DNA of 64,000 bases, taken from positions 62,001 through 126,000 of the forward strand of contig RSEE01000022.1 of assembly GCA_003971905.1 (NCBI GenBank), given 5' to 3'. The notes under the pieces were generated by a model. It did not search any database and was not told where the DNA came from. It worked only from the letters and a program-made list of their open reading frames with translations. A program made the position numbers and the translations under genes. Positions 1 to 12,401 of the stretch are shown piece by piece. The stretch's first letter is position 1; each line of letters starts with the position of its first letter. The stretch comes from Moniliella sp. 'wahieum'. Lineage: Eukaryota.

Positions 1-14
1 CGTGATGCTACGCG

Positions 15-612
15 CTGTGACATGTGATGCGGGGTGGTGGGTGTGACATGTGAGGTGCATGTGACATGTGAGGCCTCACCGGCACCTGGCCTGAGGCCTG
101 AGGCTCAGGTCTCATTCTGCGGCTTTGGGGCAGAGTGCAGCTGGTTAGGCTCCCTCTTCGTGTATTAGGTGGTGCCAGAATTATCTTTCTCGCTAAGGTG
201 GCGACGGGGAACAGTGGCTAAGGTGACCGGTGATGGCGAAGGGGAATGGAGCTGACCGGGCCGTAGGCCGGTGGTCTCCTCTGTGACATGTGAGATGATC
301 GATGTCGATGAGGGCGATCATGTGGTCGACGTGCAAGAGAACTTAACGTTTAACGTTTAACGTTTAACGCAGCACAAACTCTAGAACAAAAATATTGGAG
401 CGATGCATAGGTTCATTCGTCGTCCCCTAGTAGTACTCCCAAGTGTGTTGAACGCGTTTATTGCGTGAACGCGTGAACGTAAAACGTTAAAACGTTAAAC
501 ACGTTAAACGTTGAAGCTTGAAGCTTGACTAGCTTGACTAGTGACTAGTGACTAATGATTAATGACGCATGGTGCATGATGAACGATGCACGTGGTGTAG
601 TACTCACATCAT
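15..612. repeat. Cluster of 7-bp-period TNA-palindrome-TNA micro-arrays
   Basis: TGA-CATG-TGA (several), TGA-GGCC-TGA (~92), (TTA-ACGT)x3 at 343-368, TGA-AGCT-TGA-AGCT-TGA..CTAG-TGA-CTAG-TGA-CTAA-TGA-TTAA-TGA at 512-565. Confidence 0.85.
190..280 (+). mobile_element. Degenerate copy of the Helitron-like 3' terminal segment found at 50058-50148
   Basis: Shares GCTAAGGTGGCGACG, GGAAC(A/G)GTGGCTAAGGTG and AGCTGACCGGGCCGTAGGCC(C)GGTGGTCT with 50058-50142; terminal CTAG not retained. Confidence 0.5.
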
Positions 613-1372
613 GAATCCATCTCAGACTGTGAGTGTGTCGACACGTTTTTGTAGGCGAGGCGGGGAACAGCAGGGAACACATGCAACACATCTCTCCCTG
701 GTTTGCCTCTTCCCGCCTCTTGATGCAGATGCTCTTCTCTGATCGATCTGAACGGATGAAGGGGGCCAGACACCATGGGCAGTGCTGCCACCATGCATCG
801 CACATGTCACATGCCCACCAAACGACGCCAGCCGGGCCATCGGCCAGGCCAGGCCGTGTGAAGAGAGCGGGAGGACGATGGGAGCGTGTGGGAGCGGCTC
901 TGCGGTCGCGATGGCGTTCTGAGCGGCACGTGATATGGCTGGGGAGTGTAGGCGGGTGTAGGCGAGTGTAGCGCCCCTCGAGGAAGAAGGGGTCCCGGTG
1001 CATGATCGGCGTGATCGGCTTGAACTTGACTTGATCGCTGTGCTGCGAGTGGCCCCGGGGCTCGCTGTGGGCTGCGCTGTGCTGCGCCCCAGCGCAGGCA
1101 GGCCAGGGCACAGCCGCCTCCGAGCAGCCGCACCGCGCCAGCGCTGCCCCCGTGCGGGGCCACCCACTTCGGCCGGTCTCAGCCAGCGGCCTGGAATGTC
1201 TGTGCTGTGGTGCTGGCGGGTGGCAGAAGTGCGCAGGGGGGCAGTGCCCGGATGTGCACAGCTCCGAGAGCATGCCGCTGGCACAGGGGCAGTGTCCGGG
1301 CGTGCTGGACGGCGTTCGGCTTATAACGCGTAACGCGACGCAAGGATCGTCTGCCCAGGCCACCCAAGCGAT

Positions 1373-1441
1373 GCCCTGCTCTGCCCTGCTCTGCCCTGCT
1401 CTGCCCTGCTCTGCCCTGCTCTGCCCTGCTCTGCTCTGCCC
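1373..1441. repeat. Decamer tandem repeat (CCCTGCTCTG)n
   Basis: About 6 direct copies. Confidence 0.9.
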
Positions 1442-1699
1442 TTACGCCTTACGCGTTACGCTCTCCCACAGCAGCACCGCCTCGTCGCCCGCCGCCGCAC
1501 CACGCTGCACACCCTGCACAGACCACACACACGCGACATAAACCTAAGCTCAGTATTCAATCTCAACTTGCTTCGCCGGCCTTGCCACCCGTCTTCCTTC
1601 TGCCTCTTCTTCCTCCCAGCTCCTGAGCCCCCCTCCACGCTCCCTACCCCCCCACGTGCTGGGCCGTGCGCCCCTGCCAACCCCATAGCTGTCGCTCCC

Positions 1700-4244
1700 A
1701 TGCCCCTCCACCACGCCCCGCTGCCCACCCGCCGCCACGCCGCCTTCGCATCGGCTCGTCCCGCATATGCCCCTCGCGAAGACGGCGATGCCCACCACCA
1801 AAACGCCGGCGACAACAGCGCCCCATCTTCCTCGTCTAACGGCAGTGCTACCGGCAGCAGCGGCAGTACCCGCTCCTCTGGTGCTGATGCCACCGGCCGC
1901 GGGGCTGCCTCTGATTCCTCAGCTGCGTCCACCGGCGCCGGGTCCGACGCGTCCGCCCACGACTCCTCCTCGAGTTCGGATTCGGACGCGGGCTCGGGTT
2001 CGGGTTCGCACTCAGGCGAGTCCTCGAATGCTCCCTCTCGCAACGGCGGGCACACGTCCGCAACAAGCACCGACTCGCAACGCGGTCGCTCTTCTGCTTA
2101 CGCCAGCTCGTCCTCCGCCTCGTTTTCCGGTAGAACTCATTCCAGCTCGGTCTCGGGATCTGGCTCGGACTCGGGATCTGAATCCAAATCAAGTGGGTTG
2201 TCCAAATCGCAATCCTCTACTGGCTGGTCCGAATCGTCCAGTGCGGATGGGAGATCGAGCAGTGCGTCCTCGAGCGCTTCTATGTCAAGTATGTCCCTCT
2301 CACCCCTCCACCTCTCTACCGTGGTTTGATGCGCTTGTTCTCACATATTTCTCTCAGGCCTCTCCGCCGCGTCTGGCTCCTCCGGGTCGTCGACCCATCG
2401 TGGTCTTCTTCGAGCGAGCCATCTTCGTCATCGAGTTGGTCCAACTCCCTCTCCTCGTCCACGACACGTTCTTCCAGCGCATCCTCTTCTGCATCCACCG
2501 CATCCTTCTCTAGCGTATCGGACCAGATGTCTTCTTTCTCCTGGAACTCTTCCTCCCACTCGTCGTCCTCGTCGTCCGTCTTCTCATCTTCTTCTTTCTC
2601 GTCTCAAGCCTCGTCGTCATCCACGTTTTCCCTTTCTTCCTACTCCTCTTCCACGAGCCTGTCTGTCAGCTCCCTCGCGTCCTCCTCCCTGGAAAGCAGC
2701 AGCAGCGCCATACCCACTTCCCTCTCTTCGAGCGACTCCACCAGTGACACCAGTGACACCAGTGCCACCCCCGTCCCCATCCCCACCTTCACCATCTCCT
2801 CCACCGTGACTTTGACGCCGACGGTAGCCGTACCCTCTTCGCAGGCGGCCCAACCGGCCTCCGCTTCGGTGGAAGATGGGACCGATCCCACCTCGGCCGC
2901 GGGAGACGGAGGAGGCGGCACCGACGCGGTCAAACTCTCGTCGCTCAACACGCATATTACCACCGGTCCCTTTGCCAGCTTCTCTGCCCCCACCATATCG
3001 CAGCGCACCGAGACCGACATGGCTCGAGCCACGGGCGGACCGAATGGGGCGGGCTACTTGCCTCCCACCGCGGTATCAGCACGGCGGGACTGTGGGTGCG
3101 GCGGTGGGCGACGGCAGGGGCGGTACTGATGGTGGTGCTGGCGTGGCTAGTGTGGCGCACTTGGTTCCGTGCTCCCGAGGCGGAACCGATGGCATTTGAT
3201 AAGGACCCGCATCGGTCCCAGTTGCTCGACGCGTTTGATGAGAACGATTTGCTCGACGTGCCGGCGGCCAACGCTACCGAGGGGGGAGGCATGCACTCCC
3301 CGGACCAAAGCAGCTCATCGGGCTTCCCCGGAACCGAATTCGTCTCGTCTGCCGAAAGGGGATCGGGGGCGCGGTACGTCTTGCCTTCCTTGCCGACGTT
3401 GGGGTCCGACGCTTTCTCTATCCCCAGCGTGGCGCACGACCCGTATGCCCACCTGGACCGCGGCCGGGAGCCCTACGAGGACAACGACGAAGGGTACGCG
3501 ACGCCGGCCGACCTATCTCACCACTCCCGCTCCGCCAACGAGGGCGAGTATGGTCACGTGAACCGTCGCGAGGCGTACCCGCCGGAACGCTATGCCTACA
3601 CGTCCGACCTGTCACTTATCTCGCGTTCGGGAGCGCACGAGAGCTTCGCCGAGAACCCTGCGCGGTATGCTGGTGCGGCAGCGGGCGCAGCAGCGGGCGT
3701 GGCAGGGGCGCGGAGAGACTGGCTCGACTGATCGCTTGTCCGGCTCATCCGGCACGCATGGCAATCGTGTTTCCCACCGTCGTCTGGCCACGGCTTCGGT
3801 CGAGTCGATGGAGAAGAGTTCGGCACAACCTGCATCTTCGGTGGCCCCGCTACACTCGGACTGGGACTTTGGTTGGCACCCCACCAGCTCCGATCGCAGT
3901 CCTGCGCTGGCAGAGGAGCTGTGGACGGCGGCATTGCTCTGTCCCCATCGCCCGGACTGGGGAACGAGATGGCCCAGTCAACCTCAGGCGCGCCTACGTG
4001 GGGCCACTGGGGGCAAGGGGGCGGGGCGGGGGCAGCGGTGGTACATGCGCCGTCGTTGCCCACTGGTTCGGTAGCCGAGGAGATGGGCTACTGGATGCCG
4101 ATGGAGATGCCGCCTGGTGAAAAGGCCGGCGGTCGGGGACGGACTGCTGGCACTGGCGCGCACACCGCTCCCAACCCACATGATTCCTATGATGCCGAGT
4201 CGGTCTTGGATGGCTATCTTGTCCGCCATGGCCAGGCCGAATAG
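1700..4244 (+). CDS. Ser/Thr-rich single-pass membrane protein (Mid2/mucin-like sensor), frameshifted in assembly
   Basis: ATG 1700; long Ser-rich tracts; GTATGT..CTCAC..CAG intron 2289-2357; hydrophobic segment AGAVLMVVLAWLVW followed by basic RTWFR; low-complexity tail across consecutive + strand ORFs. Confidence 0.6.
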
Positions 4245-5081
4245 CCCCTCCCTCCCTCCCTCCTTTTCTCCCTTTCTCCGCTCGAGAGGGCTCCACCCTT
4301 GCCTTTTCTCCTGCCCCATTCTGATAGGTATTCCCTCTCCCAGAGAAGGATGGGACGCCCCTCCTTCTCTCCTTTGCGCCTTCCCCTCTGCCCTGCATGG
4401 CCAACACACTCTCTCAGTTCGCCCCACCGATTCAACACAGTATTTCTTTTTGTTGCCACGGCCAACCTCTCTCGATCTCTATGCTTTCTCTCCTTCCTGT
4501 CGCGTTTTGTCTCTCTTTCCTCTCCCCACCACCACAACGCTCGTTTGGCGCATCGATTCTCTTTTGGCTCCCCTATATCAACCATAGCATATCCGCAGTG
4601 TCCAGGGGTTGAATAGTATGCCAACAGACGATGCTAGATGAGCTCCAGCCTCTCGAGATATTCACGTCTCCGGCGTTTGTTCAATTGGTTGCGGTAATTT
4701 CTCCCTTGTCAGGCCGCCAGCGGCGAGGGTGACCGGTGAGCGGGCGGGCGCGACCTGCGGTGCGTGATGTGGATGGCGCGCGCGCCTGCACTCTGTCTGA
4801 GTACTCAGTGTGCCTTTTGTGCTTGGCCTTGGCCCTGGCCCGCCTGTCCGCCACACGAGCGCGCGGCCATGACTGGCGGATGGCAGTCCGACGCCCATCG
4901 CGCCCCCGAGGGTCGGCACAACGACCACGGCACAGCATCCTGGGCCACCTCCCCCTCAGCCGCGCTCTTCGCGCACGCCAGCGTCGATGGCGCCGACCCA
5001 GCCCGTTCCCTAGCGCCGTCAGCACCCTGTCGCTCCACGCCCGCCCGTCCGATCTCTCCTGACACAGGCGTGAGCATCGGC

Positions 5082-6216
5082 ATGGACACGGACACGGACA
5101 CGGAAACGAACACGAACACGAACGCGAACACGAACGCAGACACGGACACAGACACGGACACGGACCCCGACCCCGTCTCTGCTTCGGCTTCCTCGTTTAC
5201 CGCCTTGGGCGCCTCTGCTGCTGGTGTCACACGGACGCGGCCTGGACCTCCGCCGCACCGCACCTACCTCCGTCCATCACGCCCGGCCATAAACCAGGCA
5301 GCATCCGTTTCTGCGCTTCTCTTCTGACGCGCCTGTGTCCCCGCCCATCAACGCACAGAGCCCCAACCCAGACCCTTGGCCCACCCGAAAGGGACCAGGA
5401 ACGCGAACGGGAGACGGCGAGGCCTGTCCCGAATACGGCAGCCGCGCCTGCGGGGGGTGTGCTGGACGCGCGCGAGGAACTCCCAGGGGAGGGAGGGAGG
5501 GGAAAGGGACGGAGACGATACTTGAAGCTGTTCCGGGCGGCGCGTCGCACCGTGCCTTTGCACGGTTCAAGCCTTCGCCCTACGCTGCGTTTTGCGCGAA
5601 CAGCAACGGCGAGGCAGGGTGGGGCGGCAGGATCTAGCGGCGCAGGCAAGCGAGCATCCCGCCCACCACCGCAGTCCTTGCGTCGCAGGCGCCTAGCGTC
5701 GCTCGCACGACGGCAGCGGCAGAGCGCGAGGACAGCGCGGAAGAAGTGTATGGGGTACCGGAGAATTTCTTGGAAGTCGAAGTGCGCAATCCGCAGACCC
5801 ATCGATCGGGCCGGACGCAGTTTACAGATTATGAGATTGTGACGCGGTACGTGGGGTTCTGTGGTGCGGTGGTACGTTGGTGGGGGGGGAGAAACTGATC
5901 CTTCTCGGTTTGATGCTCTGATCAGACCAACGTTCCAGCCTTCAAGATGCGGTACAGCAGTGTGCGACGGCGCTACCGTCAGTTTGAGTCGTTTCGCACG
6001 CTCTTGGAGCACCAAGGGCGCCGGGTCACGCTACCCCCGTTGTCAGGCAAAGTGTTTACCCACCGGTTCAGCGACGAGGTGATCGAGACCCGACGAGCCA
6101 GTCTCGAGCGCTTTCTGCGAATTGTGGCAGGCCATCCGTTGCTCCAGACTGGCTCGTCCGCCCTCCTCTCTGCGTTCCTTCAGGACCCGGGCTTTGACCC
6201 GACCCATTGGCGTTAA
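5082..6216 (+). CDS. SNX3: Sorting nexin-3 (PX domain); start uncertain
   Basis: [29 protein letters not shown], intron ~5847-5925, [59 protein letters not shown]. Confidence 0.9.
5085..5166. repeat. Hexamer microsatellite (GACACG/AACACG)n
   Basis: Direct tandem copies; would encode DT/NT dipeptides if translated. Confidence 0.85.
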
Positions 6217-7149
6217 GCTAGACGAACGAGACTTGTCGTTGCCTCTGCTCTCTGGCCTCTGGCCTTCTCGTTTTCATTTTTTCACCCTTTTGGCTCGCTA
6301 CTCGTCCCACCACGAGCGGCATTCGCCTGCGCAGCGTCGGCTCGCAACGATAAGCTAAGCGTGCTGCTTTCTTTGCACGGAAGCGCAATCCCCTGAGGAT
6401 ACCACTCTGTGCCTGGTACCTGGTGCCTGGTCGGTAAAAAGACGGGATGGCGAGAGCTTGGTGATGTCGGACAGGCTGATGCGCCTCCCATCTTCGTCCC
6501 GCTGCGCCTACTCCCGATCGACCCACGTTTCAGGCCGAGTCGGTGCGCACTTAACTTACCCCCCCCCCTCTCTGTCATGGCGTTCTGTTGGACCTAAGCT
6601 GAGGCGAGGGTGACAAGTGGACGATGAGTGAGGCTGATCTGGGGAGAGTCCAAGGCAGTGGCCGCAGCGCGTCCTGCGGCTATGAGCAAAATGGGCACGG
6701 GCTGCTGAAGGGGGGAGCGGAGGGGGCAGAGGAGAAAGCAATTTGCGGTGCATACTGCCTTGGATTCTCGGCTTGGTTCCATCTCCCTCAGGGACACGAT
6801 CAACACAATAACAGGCCAAGGTATAAGCTGAAGGGAGAGGCAAATAAGAAAACGATCAAATTGGAGCGGTCAGGGCCGAGGCCATAGGCCAAACGGCTGG
6901 GACACAACGGGTAAAGACACGAGGGCAGACTGGCCGCGACAAACACACGGCGCAGGTCAAAGCTGAAGGAGGGGGGGGGGTCAAGGAATAAGGCACCTGG
7001 ACAAAGAGGGGAATAAAGGTGGGGTCCAGAGGATAAGAAACACAGGGTTTGATGTGAGGTGGAGGACACGAGGGTCCTCCTTGTCTCATTGGGTCTGCAA
7101 CAAGCGCATGCGAGCCAAAGGCGGGGGATCAGAACCGTTCTGAGGCGGC

Positions 7150-7425
7150 TTACTCGTCGCGGAGCACAATGTAGAGGGCGTGGATGAGACCAGGGAAGTA
7201 GGCCAGGCACTAGCGAACCAGCAAAGAAAAGGGAAACCAGGGTCAGTCGGTCGGTCGGTCTGCGTGGGAAGGAACACGGCAGGAAGGGGGGGGGGGGGGC
7301 AGAGGACGTACGGTGAGGACAACGTTGATCCAGAACTGAGCCGTGCAGCCGACCTTCATGAACACGCCCAGAGGCGGGAGGATGACGGCAAGGATAATGT
7401 CAAGGCAAGTAGCGCCGCCGCCCAT
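7150..7425 (-). CDS. PMP3: Pmp3/RCI2 family plasma-membrane proteolipid, 57 aa, 2 exons (7425-7312, 7209-7150)
   Basis: MGGGATCLDIILAVILPPLGVFMKVGCTAQFWINVVLT|CLAYFPGLIHALYIVLRDE*; GTACGT..TAG intron splices in frame. Confidence 0.93.
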
Positions 7426-10400
7426 GGTGAACGATGGATGGATAGATGGAGGGAGGGAGAGGGATGGATCGGGGGGAGGGGGTTATGAGGTGGTGGGGAG
7501 AACACAAAAGAGAGGCAAACGAGCCAGGCGAATACAAGACGGTCGAGCGGCTGGGCAATGCCGGCCGTACGGGGTGCTCAAACTGCGCCTGCAATATACG
7601 GTCCTCGGTACTCACACAGTACTCCATACTCCATTGCGCAGTTCAGACGGGAGGCTGACTGCCCCTATGCTGGGCGCGGGTGCGAAGCAGCTGGTCTCAG
7701 ATCTCACCGCTGATGCGTGACGCGTGGCGGGCGCGTCCGGGCAGGGGACCGGTGACATTGGCCTCGCACGCACGGCGCCAGCATACGCATCATGCATCAT
7801 GCAGCGCCTGTCCCCGGCCAATGCGCAGCTCCCATGACACACAGGCGCTGTGCTGGGGATGGACGTGGGTGCTGTACGTCATGAGGACATGGATGACATG
7901 GATGACATGGCCTGGACAGCTGGGCGCTGTCAACTCAGCAACTCAGCCACGCGCAACTCGTCAGACTCATCGTCATCCATCGTCGCATCCCACGCGTTGT
8001 TGCCAGCGTGTTGCCGTCGGCCATCTCAGTTGCCGTCGCGCATCGCTTGCACTCGCGTTACTTACCACTCGTGCAACGGCCGCACCACGCGCAGCATTCC
8101 ACTCCGGACCGAGGGACTCATACTCAGGCCCCAGGCCCTTTCGCGCAGCCCTCAGCTGAGGCCTCACGAACAGTATATACTCCCAGCGCGCTCTCCTTCA
8201 GCGCTGAGGCCGAGCATGATGGCCTGCGCGTATGTGCATCATAGCGTCTTGGCGTTCCGCGGCGAATACACGGACCAACGGCATCTTCCGGTGCACAACG
8301 CCCGGTTGGGGCTCGCGCAGCCCTCAGCTCAGCCCGGAGCCACCTGAGCGCGCTGAGCCTCAGCGCTTAGCCAGCGTTGGTGGTCAAGTGCTAGATGACA
8401 GGGTCATTGAGAACAGGTCGAGCCTATGCTTGCCACGTCCTCTTGAGGCCTAGGGCCTGATGATGCTCCTGAGGCCCTGAGGCCTGACCCGCCAAGACAG
8501 ACAATGCCAAGAGCAGCCCCGGACCGTGCCCACCCGTCGTGTCGACGCACCAGTTGGGCGCGAAGAGAGAGAAATGGAAGTATTGCCCTGGTTGTCTCCG
8601 TTGTGCACAGTCCCGCTCCACGAACTGGAACGAAAAACCAACCCCATCCTTAGTAGTACGGGTCGGAGGCAAGCAGGTCATGCACAAGGCAGAAGAATGT
8701 GGAGAAGAGGAGCTGGACTGACAAAACCCAGTGAGCGGAGGGACGCGGACAAGGATGATCGATGATGGACCTGATTCGGGTCTAAAGCAAGTTTCGCTCC
8801 TCTGTCGTCTTGGCCAAGGCCGTAGGATGGATAGGCGAAGTCGTCTGCAGCATCATAGTTGGTTCCTCACACCAACTTTCAACAGTGGGTCTTTTTGGTG
8901 CAACGATCGATGAGATAGAACGCAAATCGAGACCCTAGTTGGAAGGATGGGTGGATGTGTCCAATCACCATTTGGCTACCAGATGAAGAGCGCACACGAT
9001 GAGCAACCGTATTATATCAATCTGCATTCCCTCCGAGAACGGATCCGTCGTCAGATCGACGTCAGATTTGTTAGGTCTTCATATGATCTCCCAACTGACC
9101 AGCGGCCCATGCCAAGTCGATCTCCAAGCACAGGGGTGTTGGGATCCGCGGTCCTGTACATAGGCCAAGGCGCCCTATCGATTTTCTCTCTTTGCCCCCT
9201 AAATGACCTCCGAGAAGCGTTCACGTGTATACCCTGGCTTGTTCGAAACCTTGTCTCCTCAAGGTGTGGCGTATGGCTTAGAGCTTAGGCCTTATTAATC
9301 ACCACCACCGCGATTGCGTTGCTCTATACATTCACCAGTTTTTGTTCTCCACACAAATCCTTGGGTTCCTCCGGTCTTAGTACAAGGGGCCCTGTTAAAG
9401 GGCGCAATATCAAACCTTCAGCCAATTCGACCAGGCGGTGTGGTCGTCCAGGAATCGTCAAGTCGCCTTGCCCCTGCGCGTGAGGCAGCCCCCAAGAACC
9501 CGAGCGAGGTGCGTTTGGCTCCGAGTGAGATGTACATAGCTCGGGCCTGGATGAATTCTCCCGCCCCTCGGCGAGGGGGAGAGAACATCGGGCCCGGAAG
9601 ATACGCATCCAAGTTTCTACTGCTCCAGTGTGGCCTGTAAGCCTCTAAGAGCCCGCCCTTCCGATTTTCATGAGGCTCATTCGTCATATATCAGTTTCCA
9701 TTGGAGAACCACCAAGCTCTGCACAGCAGTCACCACATGAAGCTTCTGATTTGCACCTTATGTTTGGTTACCTTTGTGCTTCCTGACGACGGGCAACAAC
9801 TTGTACTAGCAGCTTGTCAACGAACGTGCAGCCCGTCCCTCACGATGCTGCTCTATCGGTTAGATATGTATGGACACGGACGTTGAGCGATGGAGGCTGG
9901 TACCTGGATGGACCTCTCCTGAAGAATGAATCCGTTCCGCCTCGATTCGTTGCCGAAAGACCTTTGGGATATGCAGTCGGGGGTGCATCAACCTGAACGT
10001 GAAGAAACAGCAATACCAATCCCTACCCATGGAACGATGAAGACAAGCTATAAAGTACAGCCAAACAAGTCACAACTTGGCAAAAATCAATTGGGGCAAG
10101 CAGGACCACAAGGGTCACTTGCGCAAGGGCCTGCCCCATCCCGGAGAGGGCGCGGGGACAGCACATTGTCATGAAGAGGCAATGGCGAGCAGAGCTTCAA
10201 GCCATTGGTACGCTCATCGCAAGCAGAGCGCTTACTTGGAGCGAGCACGCATCTTCTCTGCGTTTGCGGCGCAGACGGCGCATGCGTTTTTTTCCTCCAC
10301 TTCGCTCTCACTGCACAAGACGAATGGTCAGCACGGGCTTCTTTGACTGGATAGGGGGAAGAGCGAAAGGCCAAGCCAAGGGAAACAGGAAAACAAGAAC

Positions 10401-11094
10401 GCACTTTTCGGTTGACCGGTACTGAGAACGCTGGTGGAGAAAACTCACACGACGAACACCGCACGCACCAGCATATGAGCCAGGAGGGCTGCGTAGGGTT
10501 AGATATTCGGGCGCATTTGCCGCAGCACATCAAGCTGCTTGGCTTCAGCCGAGAGCGAGATCATCGATCATCGACACCAGCCACAGGTCACATGACGGGA
10601 TAGTCACCTGACCAGGACCCCCCAACATCACGTGATGGCCTGCCTGGAGAAGAAGCAGGACGGCACCTTGGAGGCAGCACGGAATGTGTCGTTTGCCACT
10701 GCCATGCCACGCTCCACGCTGGGCTGGGCTGCCTTGCTCCCATCCATGACTTGTGACCGCGCTCCCATCCCGTTGGTGCCGCGTATCGATTATCCTGGGT
10801 CTGGGGAATAAGCCAGCCATGCTCGGGTTCCCGCCGGAGCCTGAGGTGCGCCAGCTAGGCACTGGCGATGACCACATACATGTACATCGTACCCTGTCCA
10901 ACTCACGCGTGGCAACTATAACGAGACACAATCCAAAAGACGTAACAGCGTAGAGGAGATGCCACAGGTGGCAGGCATGCAATTGTCATACCTTTTGGGT
11001 GCGGGGCAGCCCAGGCAGCGCCGCCCCTGGGTGCGAGGCCGTCGAGCCGAAGCGCGAACACAAGCTCCCGACCAACCAGGCCAAACAAACCTTC

Positions 11095-11715
11095 TTAACG
11101 GTTGCTCTTGGCCACACGTTCCAGCTCGTCCTTCTTCTTGATGGCGTACGAGTTGGACGATCCCTTGGCGGCGTTGATCAGCTCGTCCGCGAGGCACTCC
11201 GAGATGGACTTGACGTTGCGGAAGGCCGACTCGCGCGTGCCAATGGTCAGCAGCGAGATGGCCTGGTTGACGCGGCGCAGTGGCGACACGTCGACGGCCT
11301 GGCGGCGAACGGTACCGCCCGAGCCAATGCGGGTCGAGTCCTCACGCGGGCCAGTGTTGATGATGGCGTCAACCAGGACCTGGATCGGGTTCTGGTCGGT
11401 GAGGAGCGAGATGATCTCGAATGCGTGCGCAACAATGCGGACCGCCATGAGCTTCTTGCCGTTGTTGCGGCCGTTCATCATGAGCGCGTCCACAAGACGC
11501 TCCACAATCGGCATCGAGGCCTTCTTGAACGCCTTGGAAGCGTACCGCCCAGCCGTGTGGGGCACGTACACAGCGTTGCGCAGCGAGATGTAGTCCTGCA
11601 GGGACAGGTCCTTCACCTCAACGTCCTGCACGTCGTACTTGCCAAAGAGAAGCACGGCGCCCTTGGGGGCGGCCACAGCCGCGGCCTCCTTGGGGATAGT
11701 TTGCACGGTCGCCAT
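11095..11715 (-). CDS. RPS5: 40S ribosomal protein S5 (uS7)
   Basis: Intact 206-aa ORF with [31 protein letters not shown] and [14 protein letters not shown]; 5'UTR intron 11867-11729 (GTGAGT..CTGAC..CAG). Confidence 0.98.
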   Translation of the reverse strand: MATVQTIPKEAAAVAAPKGAVLLFGKYDVQDVEVKDLSLQDYISLRNAVYVPHTAGRYASKAFKKASMPIVERLVDALMMNGRNNGKKLMAVRIVAHAFEIISLLTDQNPIQVLVDAIINTGPREDSTRIGSGGTVRRQAVDVSPLRRVNQAISLLTIGTRESAFRNVKSISECLADELINAAKGSSNSYAIKKKDELERVAKSNR

Positions 11716-12037
11716 CTTGGGTTGCTAACTGGGCAAAGAAAGGAGGGTCAGTCGCCCACCCACATACAAACGCAAGACCACGAATTTTCAGCCGGCGAGG
11801 GTAAGGCTAACGGGGGCCGTCCCCTGCACCCGCTGAGGAAGCCGACAAGGACTGCGTATGCACTCACCTTGCTGGGCCGGACCGTCGAAGTAGAGTTGCG
11901 CACGGAGTCGAGCCAGGTGGTAGGAGGGCCAGGCGGAGCACCCTGCTGGCGGCCGGGCGGAGGCTGCGAAAAATCCGCCAGCCGCAGCACAGGCCGCCGA
12001 AAACTTCCCCGCTGCCTGTCGACCCGCCAACAAAAGG

Positions 12038-12058
12038 AAGTAGGGTGTAACCCTACTT
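12038..12058. promoter_or_regulatory. Palindromic ACCCTA (Homol-E/telobox-like) element in the RPS5-RPS28 bidirectional promoter
   Basis: AAGTAGGGT-GTA-ACCCTACTT perfect inverted repeat; GTAACCCTA also upstream of RPL13 and RPL18. Confidence 0.6.
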
Positions 12059-12136
12059 GTGCTGTGCGTCCCAGCAATGCGTCCGTCTGCGCGCTGGCCG
12101 TTGATCTGTCTCGTATCCCCCCCACCCACATCCACA

Positions 12137-12401
12137 ATGGAAGCCGTCTCGAAGCAACCCGTCAAGCTGGCCAAGGTCACCAAGGTTCTCGGGCGTACTG
12201 GCTCGCGCGGCGGTGTGATCCAGGTGCGCGTCGAGTTCATGGACGACTCGACCCGCTCCATCATCCGCAACGTCAAGGGCCCTGTCAAGGTGGACGACAT
12301 TCTTGCCCTTCTCGAGTCGGAGCGTGAGGCGCGGTATGTCCTGTGCCAGTCCTGTCCCAGTGGGTGCGTTGTACTGACAAGCGAACAGCCGCCTGCGTTA
12401 A
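12137..12401 (+). CDS. RPS28: 40S ribosomal protein S28 (eS28), intron 12334-12388
   Basis: [62 protein letters not shown]. Confidence 0.97.

Noticed and set aside
10999..12327. 442-aa plus-strand ORF and the many similar long ORFs in the track
   Set aside because: These are antisense or alternative-frame shadows of GC-rich real genes (here RPS5/RPS28).
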